A stretch of 53,419 nucleotides of DNA from the IMG/VR virus record IMGVR_UViG_3300050501_000354, positions 1 to 53,419 of that record; one strand, 5' to 3'. The stretch comes from a virus (taxonomy: Duplodnaviria; Caudoviricetes). The position numbers were made by a program, and so were the translations under genes. Each line of letters begins with the position of its first letter. Positions within the stretch are counted from its first letter, which is position 1. The notes below the pieces were generated by a model. It was not told the DNA's origin. It saw only the letters and a list, made by a program, of their open reading frames with translations, and did no database searches. Positions 8,775 to 17,826 of the stretch are shown in pieces.

Positions 8775-8931
8775 CCATGCGCCCGTTTATGCGAGTCCTC
8801 GGCCTCTCTCCAGACAGCTTCCGCGCCCGCAAAGCGCATTACGTCCGCGCGTTCCTGCCCCCAAGGCTCAGGCATCGCCACCGTCGCCGTCGGCTGCACC
8901 AGTTGATCCGTGCTAACTTGAGGAGGTTGCC

Positions 8932-9375
8932 GTGAATCACCTCGCCCTCGACGCCCAATTGCACTTCCACCTCTCACGTATGAAGATCGGCGACACGGTT
9001 CTGTTTCAGGATTGGTGCATCACCCGCGCGCCGTCCCGCTTCAAGCTGAAGGGGGGCGACGCCCAATTCGACATGCCCCCTTGTGGCGGGGGGGTGCTGA
9101 ATACTGATTTCGCCCGGCTGCGCGCCATCTCGTGCATCGTCGCCCTCATCCTGGGCAGCGCCTTCGCCCCGGAATTGGCCTACGACAATGTAACGAGGAG
9201 CGGCCCGTCCTTCCAGGCATGGCATTATCACAACGACAGGGAAACTGATAGGCGCGGTTGGAGGCTCGCCGTCACCGCCGCCAGCCCCGACGACGCCCAT
9301 CTCGAATATCTCGCGTGGAAAACCCACGAGAGCAACATCTGGTTCAACTTTTCACGCAGCAGGAGGCGCGCGTGA
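8932..9375 (+). CDS. Hypothetical protein
   Basis: AGGAGG SD. Confidence 0.7.
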   Translation: MNHLALDAQLHFHLSRMKIGDTVLFQDWCITRAPSRFKLKGGDAQFDMPPCGGGVLNTDFARLRAISCIVALILGSAFAPELAYDNVTRSGPSFQAWHYHNDRETDRRGWRLAVTAASPDDAHLEYLAWKTHESNIWFNFSRSRRRA

Positions 9376-9710
9376 GTCTCTTCTCGCTCGACGCATTCCG
9401 CGCCCTGCGCGACGCCAACGGCCTGCGCGCCTACGCCGACTCGGTGTGGCGTCACCGCCAGCGGCTGGCTGGACTGCAAAACCCAGAGGAGCTGCGAGCA
9501 GGCTTCGCCGAGGAATGGGACAAAATCATTGCTGTGTTCGAGGCCGACCACGAGACGCGCGACATCCTGCTCAAGCGCCTGAAGCGCGAGGCCCGGGATG
9601 CCCTGTCCTTGCAGCGCGCGCTCATCCGCCACGAACAGGCCGAGATTGCGCGCGTCACCCTGCTGTATCGAGAACTGGAAGCCCATATGAAACAAAAGGA
9701 GATCGCATGA
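9372..9710 (+). CDS. Hypothetical coiled-coil protein
   Basis: GTG start after AGGAGG, GTGA overlap. Confidence 0.7.
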   Translation: MSLFSLDAFRALRDANGLRAYADSVWRHRQRLAGLQNPEELRAGFAEEWDKIIAVFEADHETRDILLKRLKREARDALSLQRALIRHEQAEIARVTLLYRELEAHMKQKEIA

Positions 9711-9907
9711 TTGTCTACCTGTACGGCCCCAATACCGTCACCGAAGTCAAAGAGGTCTGGCGGGGATCGCGCTACATACGCCTCCGCTACACCGAGATGG
9801 ACATCCATCACAATCCCATCCGCACCCGTTGGGTGATCGAGGAGATCGCACAGCCGGTGGTGAGCGTGCCGCTCGTTGGCAGCCGCGACGCGGGGTTCGG
9901 GCGATGA
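9707..9907 (+). CDS. Hypothetical protein
   Basis: ATGA overlaps on both sides, AAGGAG SD. Confidence 0.65.
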   Translation: MIVYLYGPNTVTEVKEVWRGSRYIRLRYTEMDIHHNPIRTRWVIEEIAQPVVSVPLVGSRDAGFGR

Positions 9908-11586
9908 GCACCGAACCCATTTCTATCGAACGTATTCACCGTGACGAGGCAATCCAGAGCCGTGTCGCCCTGCACGCCGAGACCGTGGCCGACTACGCGG
10001 ACGCCTACCGCGAGGGCAAGCTGCTGCCGCCCATTACGCTCTTCCACGAGTCGGGCAGCGGCAAACTCTGGCTCGCCGATGGTTGGCATCGCGTCGCGGC
10101 GGCTGAACAGGCTGGCATACCGCACATCCTGGCCGACGTGAAGCCGGGCGGCAGGCGAGATGCGCTGCTCTGTTCGGTAGGCGCGAACGCGACACATGGC
10201 CTGCGCCGGACGAACGCCGACAAGCGCCGGGCAGTGGAATTGCTGCTCAAAGATTCAGAACTCGTCAAGATGTCAGACCGGGAAATCGCGCGCTACTGTT
10301 GTGTATCACATCCATTCGTCTCAAGCGTCCGCTCAACTGGTAACGCTTACCAGTCCAGCAAACGAACCGGAGCGGACGGCAAAACGCGCGCCGTCAAACA
10401 TTGGGGTCTATCCAACGGGATGCCCTTCTGGACGCAGGTCGAGAAGTTCAATCTCGACAAGTCCACGATCATGGAGCGGCTTCAGCCAGGCGCAAAGGTG
10501 CTTACCGATCTCGCGGCCAGCAAAGAGGACACCTGGCGCCGTCTCGATCAGCTCGCCTGCGAAGCGAACACGGGACGCTACCCGGCAGACAGCTACGCGC
10601 TGAACAAAGCGATTGACACCTATGGGCGCGTGATGCAGGCTCATTCGACGACTCTGCGTGTGACGAGCCTGGCAACCGGTATTGAGGGGACATGGCTGGT
10701 CAAGGATTGTAAGCCCGGGACCGAAGATGGTTATCAGGCGTGGCGCAAGGATTATCATCTCGCCGATACAAAGCCTGCTGATAACCTCGACATGGCCGCC
10801 ATCAACGCCGATCTCGATAAAGAACTCGCCACCCTCCCACCGCATCTGCCGGTGAAGCCCGCGTCGGACGTTGAGATGAAATCAACCGCTCCAACTCCGT
10901 CCGCCAAACTTGAGGTCGGCGACACTGTGCGCAACATCCACACGAACCAGGGCGGCCCCATCGTCGGCTTCGTCGGCGACGCCGCCCAGGTCGAGACCGC
11001 CAACGGCGTCCGTCCCATCAAGCGCGCCTATCTGGAGCGCATCGAACCAACGAACAACGGCGGTGTAGGGGAGCACCCCCGTGTGCTCCCGCCCGACACG
11101 CCGCCCGCCCCGCCCACCAGTCCTAAAGGGGATAGCGAAACGCCCTCCGCCCTCGACGCCATCGCCCCCCGTCCCTGGGTGGTCACGAAGGGGCCGGATC
11201 GCTTCCATATCTCCGACCGGAAGGGCCAGAATCTCGCGTTCGCCTACTACAGCGGCGGCATCGGCAGCGACGTGGCCTACGCCATCACCCGCGCCGTCAA
11301 CGCCCACCGCGACTACACGACGGCTCAGGTGCGCGACCTCCTGCCTGCGCTGCGCCGCATTCTCGACTTCGCCGATGGCCTGACGAAGGACGTACCCGAC
11401 ACGATCACCGAGGACATCTTCGACGTGCAGGCCTTCCTCGGCCACCTGCGCCACACCATTGCTAAAGGGGAGCAACCGGATCATCCTGCCCGCGAAGCGG
11501 GTATAGATCTAAACTCCATCGCCGGAGGCGACCTTGTCCGCTTCGCGGATGGAATTGACCGGCGACAGGATCAAGTCGCGCCATGA
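9904..11586 (+). CDS. ParB/Srx-like N-terminal domain + HTH multidomain phage protein
   Basis: LPPITLF...LADGWHRVAA...NATHGLRRTNADKRRAV...SDREIARYCCVSHPFV. Confidence 0.85.
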   Translation: MSTEPISIERIHRDEAIQSRVALHAETVADYADAYREGKLLPPITLFHESGSGKLWLADGWHRVAAAEQAGIPHILADVKPGGRRDALLCSVGANATHGLRRTNADKRRAVELLLKDSELVKMSDREIARYCCVSHPFVSSVRSTGNAYQSSKRTGADGKTRAVKHWGLSNGMPFWTQVEKFNLDKSTIMERLQPGAKVLTDLAASKEDTWRRLDQLACEANTGRYPADSYALNKAIDTYGRVMQAHSTTLRVTSLATGIEGTWLVKDCKPGTEDGYQAWRKDYHLADTKPADNLDMAAINADLDKELATLPPHLPVKPASDVEMKSTAPTPSAKLEVGDTVRNIHTNQGGPIVGFVGDAAQVETANGVRPIKRAYLERIEPTNNGGVGEHPRVLPPDTPPAPPTSPKGDSETPSALDAIAPRPWVVTKGPDRFHISDRKGQNLAFAYYSGGIGSDVAYAITRAVNAHRDYTTAQVRDLLPALRRILDFADGLTKDVPDTITEDIFDVQAFLGHLRHTIAKGEQPDHPAREAGIDLNSIAGGDLVRFADGIDRRQDQVAP

Positions 11587-11783
11587 TCGCAGATCGCTTC
11601 ACCCGAATGCTCGTCGGCGCGCACGAAGGCTGTCGGCGTAACCCCACCGTCGAAGGCATCCACATGCACTACGCGCTGGTGCTCCTGGCCTCGGCACGCC
11701 TGCACAACCTGGGCGGGGTCTACCGGAGAGCGGATTGCCTTCCCTACACCCGCGTCGTCTGGCCGAGGGGCCAACGGACATGA
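11583..11783 (+). CDS. Hypothetical protein
   Basis: ATGA overlaps. Confidence 0.5.
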   Translation: MIADRFTRMLVGAHEGCRRNPTVEGIHMHYALVLLASARLHNLGGVYRRADCLPYTRVVWPRGQRT

Positions 11784-11986
11784 GAGCCAGGCGCTACGGA
11801 CTCCGGGACGCCACCCCGAACGCGCCCCCTGTACACGACCCCATAGGCCGCCAGCACCGGATTCCGCGTGGCGAGGATGAGGTCTGCATCCACCCGCGCC
11901 GGGCGATCAAATGGAATCGCTTCAACAACGTTTATCAGTGCTGCATCTGCGGGCACATTCTCTACGATGAGGAGTACGACGAATGA
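11780..11986 (+). CDS. Small Zn-ribbon-like protein
   Basis: CIH...QCCICGH; ATGA overlaps. Confidence 0.55.
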   Translation: MRARRYGLRDATPNAPPVHDPIGRQHRIPRGEDEVCIHPRRAIKWNRFNNVYQCCICGHILYDEEYDE

Positions 11987-12582
11987 AAACTGAATACCCC
12001 TTCGGCTCCTTCGCCTGGCAGCGCGAGCAGAAAGAAAAGGTGGTCGCACTCGCCCGCGAGCTGTCCGCCGGGCAGTTCGTGCTCTTCGACACCGAGACCA
12101 CTGGTTTTAATTCCAGCGACGAAATCATCTCTATCGCCATCATTGACCAGCGCGGCGCAGTCCTGCTCGACACGCTCATCCGCCCCAACCAGGCGATCAC
12201 TAACAGCGACCGGCACGGCATCACCGACGAAAGGGTGGCCGCTGCTCCCACCTTCCCGCAGGTCTACCCCTCCATCCGCGAGTCGCTGGACGGCAAGCTC
12301 GTGCTCGCCTACAACGCGAATTACGACTGGCGAATGCTCGACGCCAGTTGTGACCGGCACAAGCTGCCGCGCATCGTGCCTCTGGCCTACGAGTGCATCA
12401 TGGAACTGTACGCCACCTGGTGGGGCGACTGGAACGATTATCACGAGAGTTTTCGGTGGCAGAAGCTCACAACGGCCTGCCAGCGCTTCGGCATTGACGT
12501 GGGGCAGGAGCACCGGGCGCTCGACGACTGCAAGAGCGCGCTGGGCGTACTGAAGGCGATAGGGGAGGGGAAGAGTGGTTAG
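11983..12582 (+). CDS. DEDDh 3'-5' exonuclease (DnaQ/epsilon-like)
   Basis: FDTETTG, YNANYD, HRALDD motifs. Confidence 0.93.
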   Translation: MKTEYPFGSFAWQREQKEKVVALARELSAGQFVLFDTETTGFNSSDEIISIAIIDQRGAVLLDTLIRPNQAITNSDRHGITDERVAAAPTFPQVYPSIRESLDGKLVLAYNANYDWRMLDASCDRHKLPRIVPLAYECIMELYATWWGDWNDYHESFRWQKLTTACQRFGIDVGQEHRALDDCKSALGVLKAIGEGKSG

Positions 12583-12583
12583 A

Positions 12584-12784
12584 CTAAGCCGGTTCTTTGA
12601 CCAGCTTGATTTTGCCGTCGGCGATGTCCTGGAGGAGTCGGGTGGGTTTACCGTCGGCGAGTTGTTCAGCCAGGTCAACGAGCATCGCAATGCGGCGCTC
12701 TCGGATCTCGCCTTTGCCGAGGTAAAACGACACCGGCGGGTCTTTCGGATACTGTTTTTGGTTTTTACGAGGTGTCTTTTCCAT
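12584..12784 (-). CDS. Small basic protein, possible RHH-like regulator, predicted leaderless
   Basis: ATG 12784 lies 7 nt after the -10 of a TTGACA-N18-TATACT promoter (12791-12820). Confidence 0.6.
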   Translation of the reverse strand: MEKTPRKNQKQYPKDPPVSFYLGKGEIRERRIAMLVDLAEQLADGKPTRLLQDIADGKIKLVKEPA

Positions 12785-12790
12785 GCTTCT

Positions 12791-12867
12791 AGTATAAGAA
12801 ATTCTGTACAGACTTGTCAAGTTTACAAGCGTACAAGTTTGACACCTTCTATTAGAAGTCTTATAAT
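12791..12867. promoter_or_regulatory. Back-to-back sigma70 promoters
   Basis: Minus: TTGACA(12820-12815)/TATACT(12796-12791); plus: perfect TTGACA(12839-12844)-N17-TATAAT(12862-12867). Confidence 0.8.
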
Positions 12868-12907
12868 AGAAGTATGAAACGAACGTTCTAGCGCGAGGTC
12901 TCATAGC

Positions 12908-13603
12908 ATGGCGATGACAATTGGCTACACCTTCGGGGACTACACCTTCCAGATGCACTACGGTTTGCTGTCTGGTGATGGAGTTGTGATTGATCCCCGA
13001 TATGAAGTGGAGATGCCCGGTTTTCTGGAAGCGCTGAAGAAGGCGATTGACCTATATCCCCTTGTTGGACTATCGTGCCATTTCGAGGAATATGCCTCGT
13101 CTTATGCCAGTATGGATAAGCGAGCACTAAATCGGCATTTGTCCAACTGGGAAGATGATGATCTCAAAATGCTACTTGAGGGGTCTGAACTCAAGCGAAC
13201 GCACGCCGCATTTAAGGATTTGGATTTCAGCGAGGCGGATGAGGCTTATACGGCGGCGCTGCTGGCCGAGGTAGAACGACGAGAACAAAAAGCCTTGCTG
13301 GATGAATCTAAACGCGCTAAACAACTGGAACGGGAGCAAAAAGCCTATCCTGGCTATGTTTATCTAATTCAATCTCCTACGGGTGCTTACAAGATTGGGC
13401 GCACAAAGAACCCCGATGACAGGATGAAAACATTTGGGATTCAACTTCCCTTTGAGGTTCAGTTTGTGCATCTTATTGAGACCGCGAATATGTACAAATT
13501 GGAGCGGTCATTGCATAAAAAATTCTCCTCCAAGCGAGTAAATGGCGAGTGGTTCCAGCTTGTGCCAGAAGACATCGAATTCATAAAAGGGATTACTTCA
13601 TGA
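12908..13603 (+). CDS. T5orf172/MUG113 GIY-YIG-like nuclease domain protein
   Basis: GYVYLI...YKIGRT...LERSLHKKF...RVNGEWF. Confidence 0.9.
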   Translation: MAMTIGYTFGDYTFQMHYGLLSGDGVVIDPRYEVEMPGFLEALKKAIDLYPLVGLSCHFEEYASSYASMDKRALNRHLSNWEDDDLKMLLEGSELKRTHAAFKDLDFSEADEAYTAALLAEVERREQKALLDESKRAKQLEREQKAYPGYVYLIQSPTGAYKIGRTKNPDDRMKTFGIQLPFEVQFVHLIETANMYKLERSLHKKFSSKRVNGEWFQLVPEDIEFIKGITS

Positions 13604-14616
13604 GCATAAAAGCCATGACTTATGTCTGGGCGCGTTCGAAGCAAAAAGGCAGCGCCCTGGTCATGATGCTGGCAATTGCCGACATGGCAAATGACGACGG
13701 CGACTGCTGGCCGGGCGTTGGTACACTGGCAAAGAAGACCCGGATGAGTGAGCGTAATGCCCAGAAACTCATCCGCAAACTTGAGGCGGCCGGTGAGGTC
13801 ATTGTCCACCAGGGCGACGGCGTGGAAACGGCGCATGGCAACACGAATCGCTACACACTTATCATGCCCACCGAGGTGAACGCGGTGACACCCCAGAGGC
13901 GTCAGAGGCGACACCCCAGGGGTGAACGCGGTGACACCCCAGAGGCGTCAGAGGCGACACCCCAGGGGGTGAACGCGGTGACACCGAATCCCACAGTATT
14001 TGAACCTTCAGTTGAACCGTCAGTTGAACCGTCATCGTCTTCGGATAGTCAAGAATCATCATCTTCATCCCCACCGACGATGACGACGATTGACCGTAAA
14101 GAACCAACCCCAGAATCACCTGTGCTAAAAAACACGGCGCCAACCCAAAGGCAGATTGACGCCTGGACCGCTGCCTACGGCCAGCTTGAAATTCAGCTTG
14201 ATCGCTTCAGCTTCGAGACCTGGCTTCGAGGTGGGAAACTGCTTGGCATGGACGGCGAGGTGTGGGTAATCGGTGTTAAGAATAACTATGCGAAAGACAT
14301 GTGCCAGCACCGGCTCTACCGCAATATCCGCCGCGTGCTTGGCGATTGCCTGGGGGAGTCGGTAGAATTGCGCTTCGAAGCGCTGCCAGTCAGCCCACTC
14401 AAGGCTGACGAGGACATGGCATTATGGGCGCTGGTAGACGAGGCGGCGCAGGCGTTCAAGCCGCCGGGGGAGAAGCCGCTGACGATGGACGATGCGCGAA
14501 CAATCGCCAAATCCTGGGGCGCTGACGACGTGAACAAATACGCTGCGAAGGTGTTCCAGGGCTGGATTGAGTCGGGGAAAGTGGTGGCTCAGCCAGCAGG
14601 GGAGGGCATAGTTTGA
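13600..14616 (+). CDS. Replication initiator: N-terminal HTH_36-like domain, iteron linker, DnaA domain-I-like C-terminal part
   Basis: LAIADMANDDGDCWPGVGTLAKKTRMSERNAQ; FSFETWL...IGVKNNYAKDMCQHRLYRNIRRVL. Confidence 0.85.
   Translation: MSIKAMTYVWARSKQKGSALVMMLAIADMANDDGDCWPGVGTLAKKTRMSERNAQKLIRKLEAAGEVIVHQGDGVETAHGNTNRYTLIMPTEVNAVTPQRRQRRHPRGERGDTPEASEATPQGVNAVTPNPTVFEPSVEPSVEPSSSSDSQESSSSSPPTMTTIDRKEPTPESPVLKNTAPTQRQIDAWTAAYGQLEIQLDRFSFETWLRGGKLLGMDGEVWVIGVKNNYAKDMCQHRLYRNIRRVLGDCLGESVELRFEALPVSPLKADEDMALWALVDEAAQAFKPPGEKPLTMDDARTIAKSWGADDVNKYAAKVFQGWIESGKVVAQPAGEGIV
13875..14034. repeat. Iteron array / probable origin inside the initiator gene
   Basis: 46- and 47-bp tandem units plus a partial third (GACACC cores), followed by three 12-bp TTGAACC(T/G)TCA repeats. 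Confidence 0.75.
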
Positions 14617-15074
14617 CCGCACACCAACTTGCCCTCTTCCCGCCGCGCAAAATGAGCGACCTCTCAGTGGCCTGGTCGGACGTGCTGGGCGCGTCCATGT
14701 CGCGCAGGCTGCGCCGCCTGGTGCACCGGTGTGAGTGGCTGGTCGGCACGCCGTCGGACAGCGCCATCCTGGCCGTGGAGCGCAAACTCCGCTTCCTACA
14801 CTTCGACCAGGCGCTCACCTGCGACGACTGGCGCGTCGAGTGGCTGCGGTTGGAGCATGGTCGGCCCCAGTACCGCCTCTACCGCCGCTTCCAACTGGTG
14901 GGCGTGGCGGCAGTGGGGTTGGACAGCCGGGGCTTTATGACGAGCGCGAGCTGCGCGCCGGTGCGCCGCCATCTGGCCGTCTACCTGGTGGGGCTGGGGC
15001 TGCGCGCACCCGACTTTCGACAGGTGGGAGCCATCACGCCGTTGAACGCGAGGGGTGGGAGAAGACTGTTTTGA
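14613..15074 (+). CDS. Hypothetical protein
   Basis: TTGA overlap with initiator stop. Confidence 0.6.
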   Translation: MTAHQLALFPPRKMSDLSVAWSDVLGASMSRRLRRLVHRCEWLVGTPSDSAILAVERKLRFLHFDQALTCDDWRVEWLRLEHGRPQYRLYRRFQLVGVAAVGLDSRGFMTSASCAPVRRHLAVYLVGLGLRAPDFRQVGAITPLNARGGRRLF

Positions 15075-15364
15075 TGGACACGACCAAACTGGAGGCAGGG
15101 ATGGACAAATACCCGGATTACATGGTGCAACAGTTTGCGAAGGCGGGTGAGTACGAAGCGTATATTACGGTACTTGAAGAGAAGATACGCAAGCTTCTGG
15201 ACGAACTCGACAAGCCGAGGCCAATCAGCTTTCGCAATGATCTTGCCGGCTTCATACGGGGCGATACTGGGCCAGGCCATGAAGTACAAGCTCAGGCGCG
15301 GAGTATGCGTCTATTCATATATCTGTGTCGGAAGATGCAAGGTCGGTTGACGGACGGATGGTAG
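15074..15364 (+). CDS. Hypothetical protein
   Basis: TGATG overlap; start reassigned to 15074. Confidence 0.6.
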   Translation: MDTTKLEAGMDKYPDYMVQQFAKAGEYEAYITVLEEKIRKLLDELDKPRPISFRNDLAGFIRGDTGPGHEVQAQARSMRLFIYLCRKMQGRLTDGW

Positions 15365-15392
15365 CCCACGAGGCGGGAGGTCATTTATTGCG

Positions 15393-15704
15393 ATGAATGA
15401 GATGGATACACAACCCTACACCGAAGCGGAAGTGCAAGAACGCTTTTTGCAGCATGTGCGGAACATAATCACCTACTGGTCAACGACTGATCTGAATGAT
15501 GCTGATGGCGATTCTATTCAGCGTCGTATAAGGGGCGCTGCTTTCTCTATTCTGGTGATGCTAGACGGCGAGGCAATGGACATACCCGGCTTCCGCGTAT
15601 TGCCATCGCCGCACGAGGATGATAAAGCGTTTCACATGGCACGAGGCGAGCGCTGGTATCCTGACGATGTTAATATTGCGGGCGTTTTACACGAGTTATT
15701 ATAG
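15393..15704 (+). CDS. Hypothetical phage protein
   Basis: GGAGG SD, acidic globular ORF. Confidence 0.7.
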   Translation: MNEMDTQPYTEAEVQERFLQHVRNIITYWSTTDLNDADGDSIQRRIRGAAFSILVMLDGEAMDIPGFRVLPSPHEDDKAFHMARGERWYPDDVNIAGVLHELL

Positions 15705-15731
15705 CCCACGCGAGCCTACGGCTACCGCCGC

Positions 15732-15914
15732 GTGATTGCGCTGGTGCAAGCGCTGGCGCTCGAGGATGGTTATCAAGCCTTGCGCTCACTGGCGGACGCC
15801 TGGGGTATCGAACCGCCGACGTATGAGGAATTGAAGCACACAGGTAGTTGGACGCACACAATGGCGAGGAAGCTGGCGCAGCACGCATTGGAACATGCGC
15901 GGGAAGGGGAGTAG
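15732..15914 (+). CDS. Hypothetical protein
   Basis: Short ORF abutting next gene. Confidence 0.4.
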   Translation: MIALVQALALEDGYQALRSLADAWGIEPPTYEELKHTGSWTHTMARKLAQHALEHAREGE

Positions 15915-15915
15915 A

Positions 15916-16188
15916 ATGAAACTCGAACTGTCTATTGGCAAAATCGAAGTCGAATACGAGGTCGAAGTGGCCGCCATACCTGGATACCTCACCACCGCTG
16001 AAGCCGCCGCGCGCCTGGGCGTCACAGCAGGGCGCATCCGCCAGCTTATTCGATCAGGCGCTATTGAAGCGTCGAAGTTCGGCGACAACTGGCTGATTCC
16101 GGAGCAGGCGCTGGAGCAATTCAAACCGACCTGGCGGCGGCCTGGATGGGAGAAGGGGAAACCTCGTAAAAATAGAGGGAAATCTTAA
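15916..16188 (+). CDS. HTH_17/excisionase-like DNA-binding protein
   Basis: YLTTAEAAARLGVTAGRIRQLIRSGAIEASKFGDNWLIP. Confidence 0.88.
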   Translation: MKLELSIGKIEVEYEVEVAAIPGYLTTAEAAARLGVTAGRIRQLIRSGAIEASKFGDNWLIPEQALEQFKPTWRRPGWEKGKPRKNRGKS

Positions 16189-16199
16189 TGCTTTTCCCC

Positions 16200-16230
16200 T
16201 TGACAATAGATTACTATCTGTGGTAATCTA
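16200..16230 (+). promoter_or_regulatory. Promoter overlapped by palindromic operator
   Basis: TTGACA-N18-TAATCT (with TG extension); TAGATTAC-N8-GTAATCTA at 16207-16230. Confidence 0.65.
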
Positions 16231-16310
16231 TACATAGATTTAGAAAGCAGTCGGGCGGGGATCGCCCTTGGAAGCAGCCCCGCCCGACGCCGCACAGAAA
16301 GGTCATTTCC

Positions 16311-16649
16311 GTGTCTTCAGTCATCACTCTAACACCATACGACGCCAAACGTCAACCCCTCCCCGACCTTGGCGAAGGCGCGACGGTGGTCATCACTGCC
16401 AGCTACTACGGCAGCCGCGCCAACACCCTCACCGCTTGCATCGAGCAGGTGAAGCCTTTCACGAGTGCGACACATGACCCCGTCGCGACGGGGCATGGCT
16501 ACACCGACACCCTCTACGGCGTTCGCACCGCCGCCGGTTACAAAGTCATGTTCAGCGCCGAACTCAAGCGCCGCCTCGTGGCGTACTTGATTTCGTCGCC
16601 GAAGGCGATATTGACCCGCTCCGCGGGCGAAATCAGGGGGCAGTCATGA
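16311..16649 (+). CDS. Hypothetical protein
   Basis: GAAAGG SD, first gene after promoter. Confidence 0.65.
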   Translation: MSSVITLTPYDAKRQPLPDLGEGATVVITASYYGSRANTLTACIEQVKPFTSATHDPVATGHGYTDTLYGVRTAAGYKVMFSAELKRRLVAYLISSPKAILTRSAGEIRGQS

Positions 16650-16861
16650 TGGAGCGCCGCCACCAACTTCTCATCGCCCTGCAAACCGTCGTGGATGCCC
16701 TCGCCATGGGCGTCATCGGCAGCACTGTCACCGAGTGCCAGCGCTTTCAGCTTGCGCTGCACGCCACCGTTTTGAAACACGGCCTGGAGAGCGACACGGC
16801 GCAGGACACCGAGCCGCGCGCCGAACAGTTCCTATCCGACATTCGCCGAATCCAACCTTAG
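16646..16861 (+). CDS. Hypothetical protein
   Basis: ATGA overlap. Confidence 0.6.
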   Translation: MMERRHQLLIALQTVVDALAMGVIGSTVTECQRFQLALHATVLKHGLESDTAQDTEPRAEQFLSDIRRIQP

Positions 16862-16879
16862 TTCTAAGGAGAATTCATC

Positions 16880-17218
16880 ATGGTCACAGCAGCAAATCTG
16901 ATCCCGTTCGACAATGGCGCGATGCGCGACCTCCAGATCAAGGCGGAGGTGCAGGAAATTCGCGCCATTGTTGAGCAGATGGAATACCTGGAGAACGCCG
17001 TCGCCGCCAAGAAAGCGCGGCTGCGCACGCTCCTTGAAGCGCGCGGTGAGTCCTGGTCGGACGAAAGCGGCTATGCCCGCCTCATGGCCGACAGCACCCG
17101 GCGCAGCTTCAACGCTGACGCGCTGGACAAGCTGATGCTGCGCAGCAAGTGGTGGGATGCCCGCTTGCGCCCGTATCGTAAAGAGTTTCCCGTCCGGGGC
17201 GGCGTTCAGGTTCGCTAA
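16880..17218 (+). CDS. Hypothetical phage coiled-coil protein
   Basis: AAGGAG SD. Confidence 0.7.
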   Translation: MVTAANLIPFDNGAMRDLQIKAEVQEIRAIVEQMEYLENAVAAKKARLRTLLEARGESWSDESGYARLMADSTRRSFNADALDKLMLRSKWWDARLRPYRKEFPVRGGVQVR

Positions 17219-17304
17219 CTTCCAGCGCGCCGGACTCGCGCAGAGGGGCGACCTGCCAGGTCGCCCCTTTCTTGTACAATCGTTCTAGTGAGGAGGAAAG
17301 AGCA

Positions 17305-17814
17305 GTGACCGATCAGCATAATCAGTACGCGACTGATTATCCACAGTGGCAAGCAGCCATCCGCGAAGCCCAGGCCGAGGTGCAGCGAAAGGAAGAAACT
17401 GAGAACCAGGAGCGCATCGATGCGGAGCGCGCAGAGTTTACCTCGATGTTTCAAACTGTCCTGGATTATCTCGGCATTCCGGCGACGGCAGACGGCAGGC
17501 ACTCGGCTTTAGAGGATTACCAATTCTATCTCGTAAAAGGCATCAAGCGCGGCAACGAAATACTTTTCGACGTGCAGGTTCGCATGAGCAGTGTTTCCGA
17601 GCCGTATCCACCCATCATTCATGGTCACACAGGGGAGGAAGCGCTTCGCACCATGCGGCGCGCTCAAGTGGCTGACGCGATTGACCGTCTCTTCAATCGC
17701 TGGGGCTCGCAGCAATACACGGCCAGCAAGCATGAATCATCGCGCGCCGAACAGCTTCTCGACCTGTTTCGCCAGATACTGCGCGAGGTTATGGACGAGC
17801 ACTACGACTTCTAG
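17305..17814 (+). CDS. Hypothetical protein
   Basis: GTG after AGGAGG; upstream TACAAT -10. Confidence 0.7.
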   Translation: MTDQHNQYATDYPQWQAAIREAQAEVQRKEETENQERIDAERAEFTSMFQTVLDYLGIPATADGRHSALEDYQFYLVKGIKRGNEILFDVQVRMSSVSEPYPPIIHGHTGEEALRTMRRAQVADAIDRLFNRWGSQQYTASKHESSRAEQLLDLFRQILREVMDEHYDF

Positions 17815-17826
17815 GAGGGTAGGGAT

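Noticed and set aside
13875-13985. Mini-CRISPR
   Set aside because: Units are tandem copies without spacers, inside an initiator gene; iterons explain them.
15916-16188. Excisionase implying an integration module
   Set aside because: No integrase or att core recognised; the HTH_17 fold is also common in regulators.
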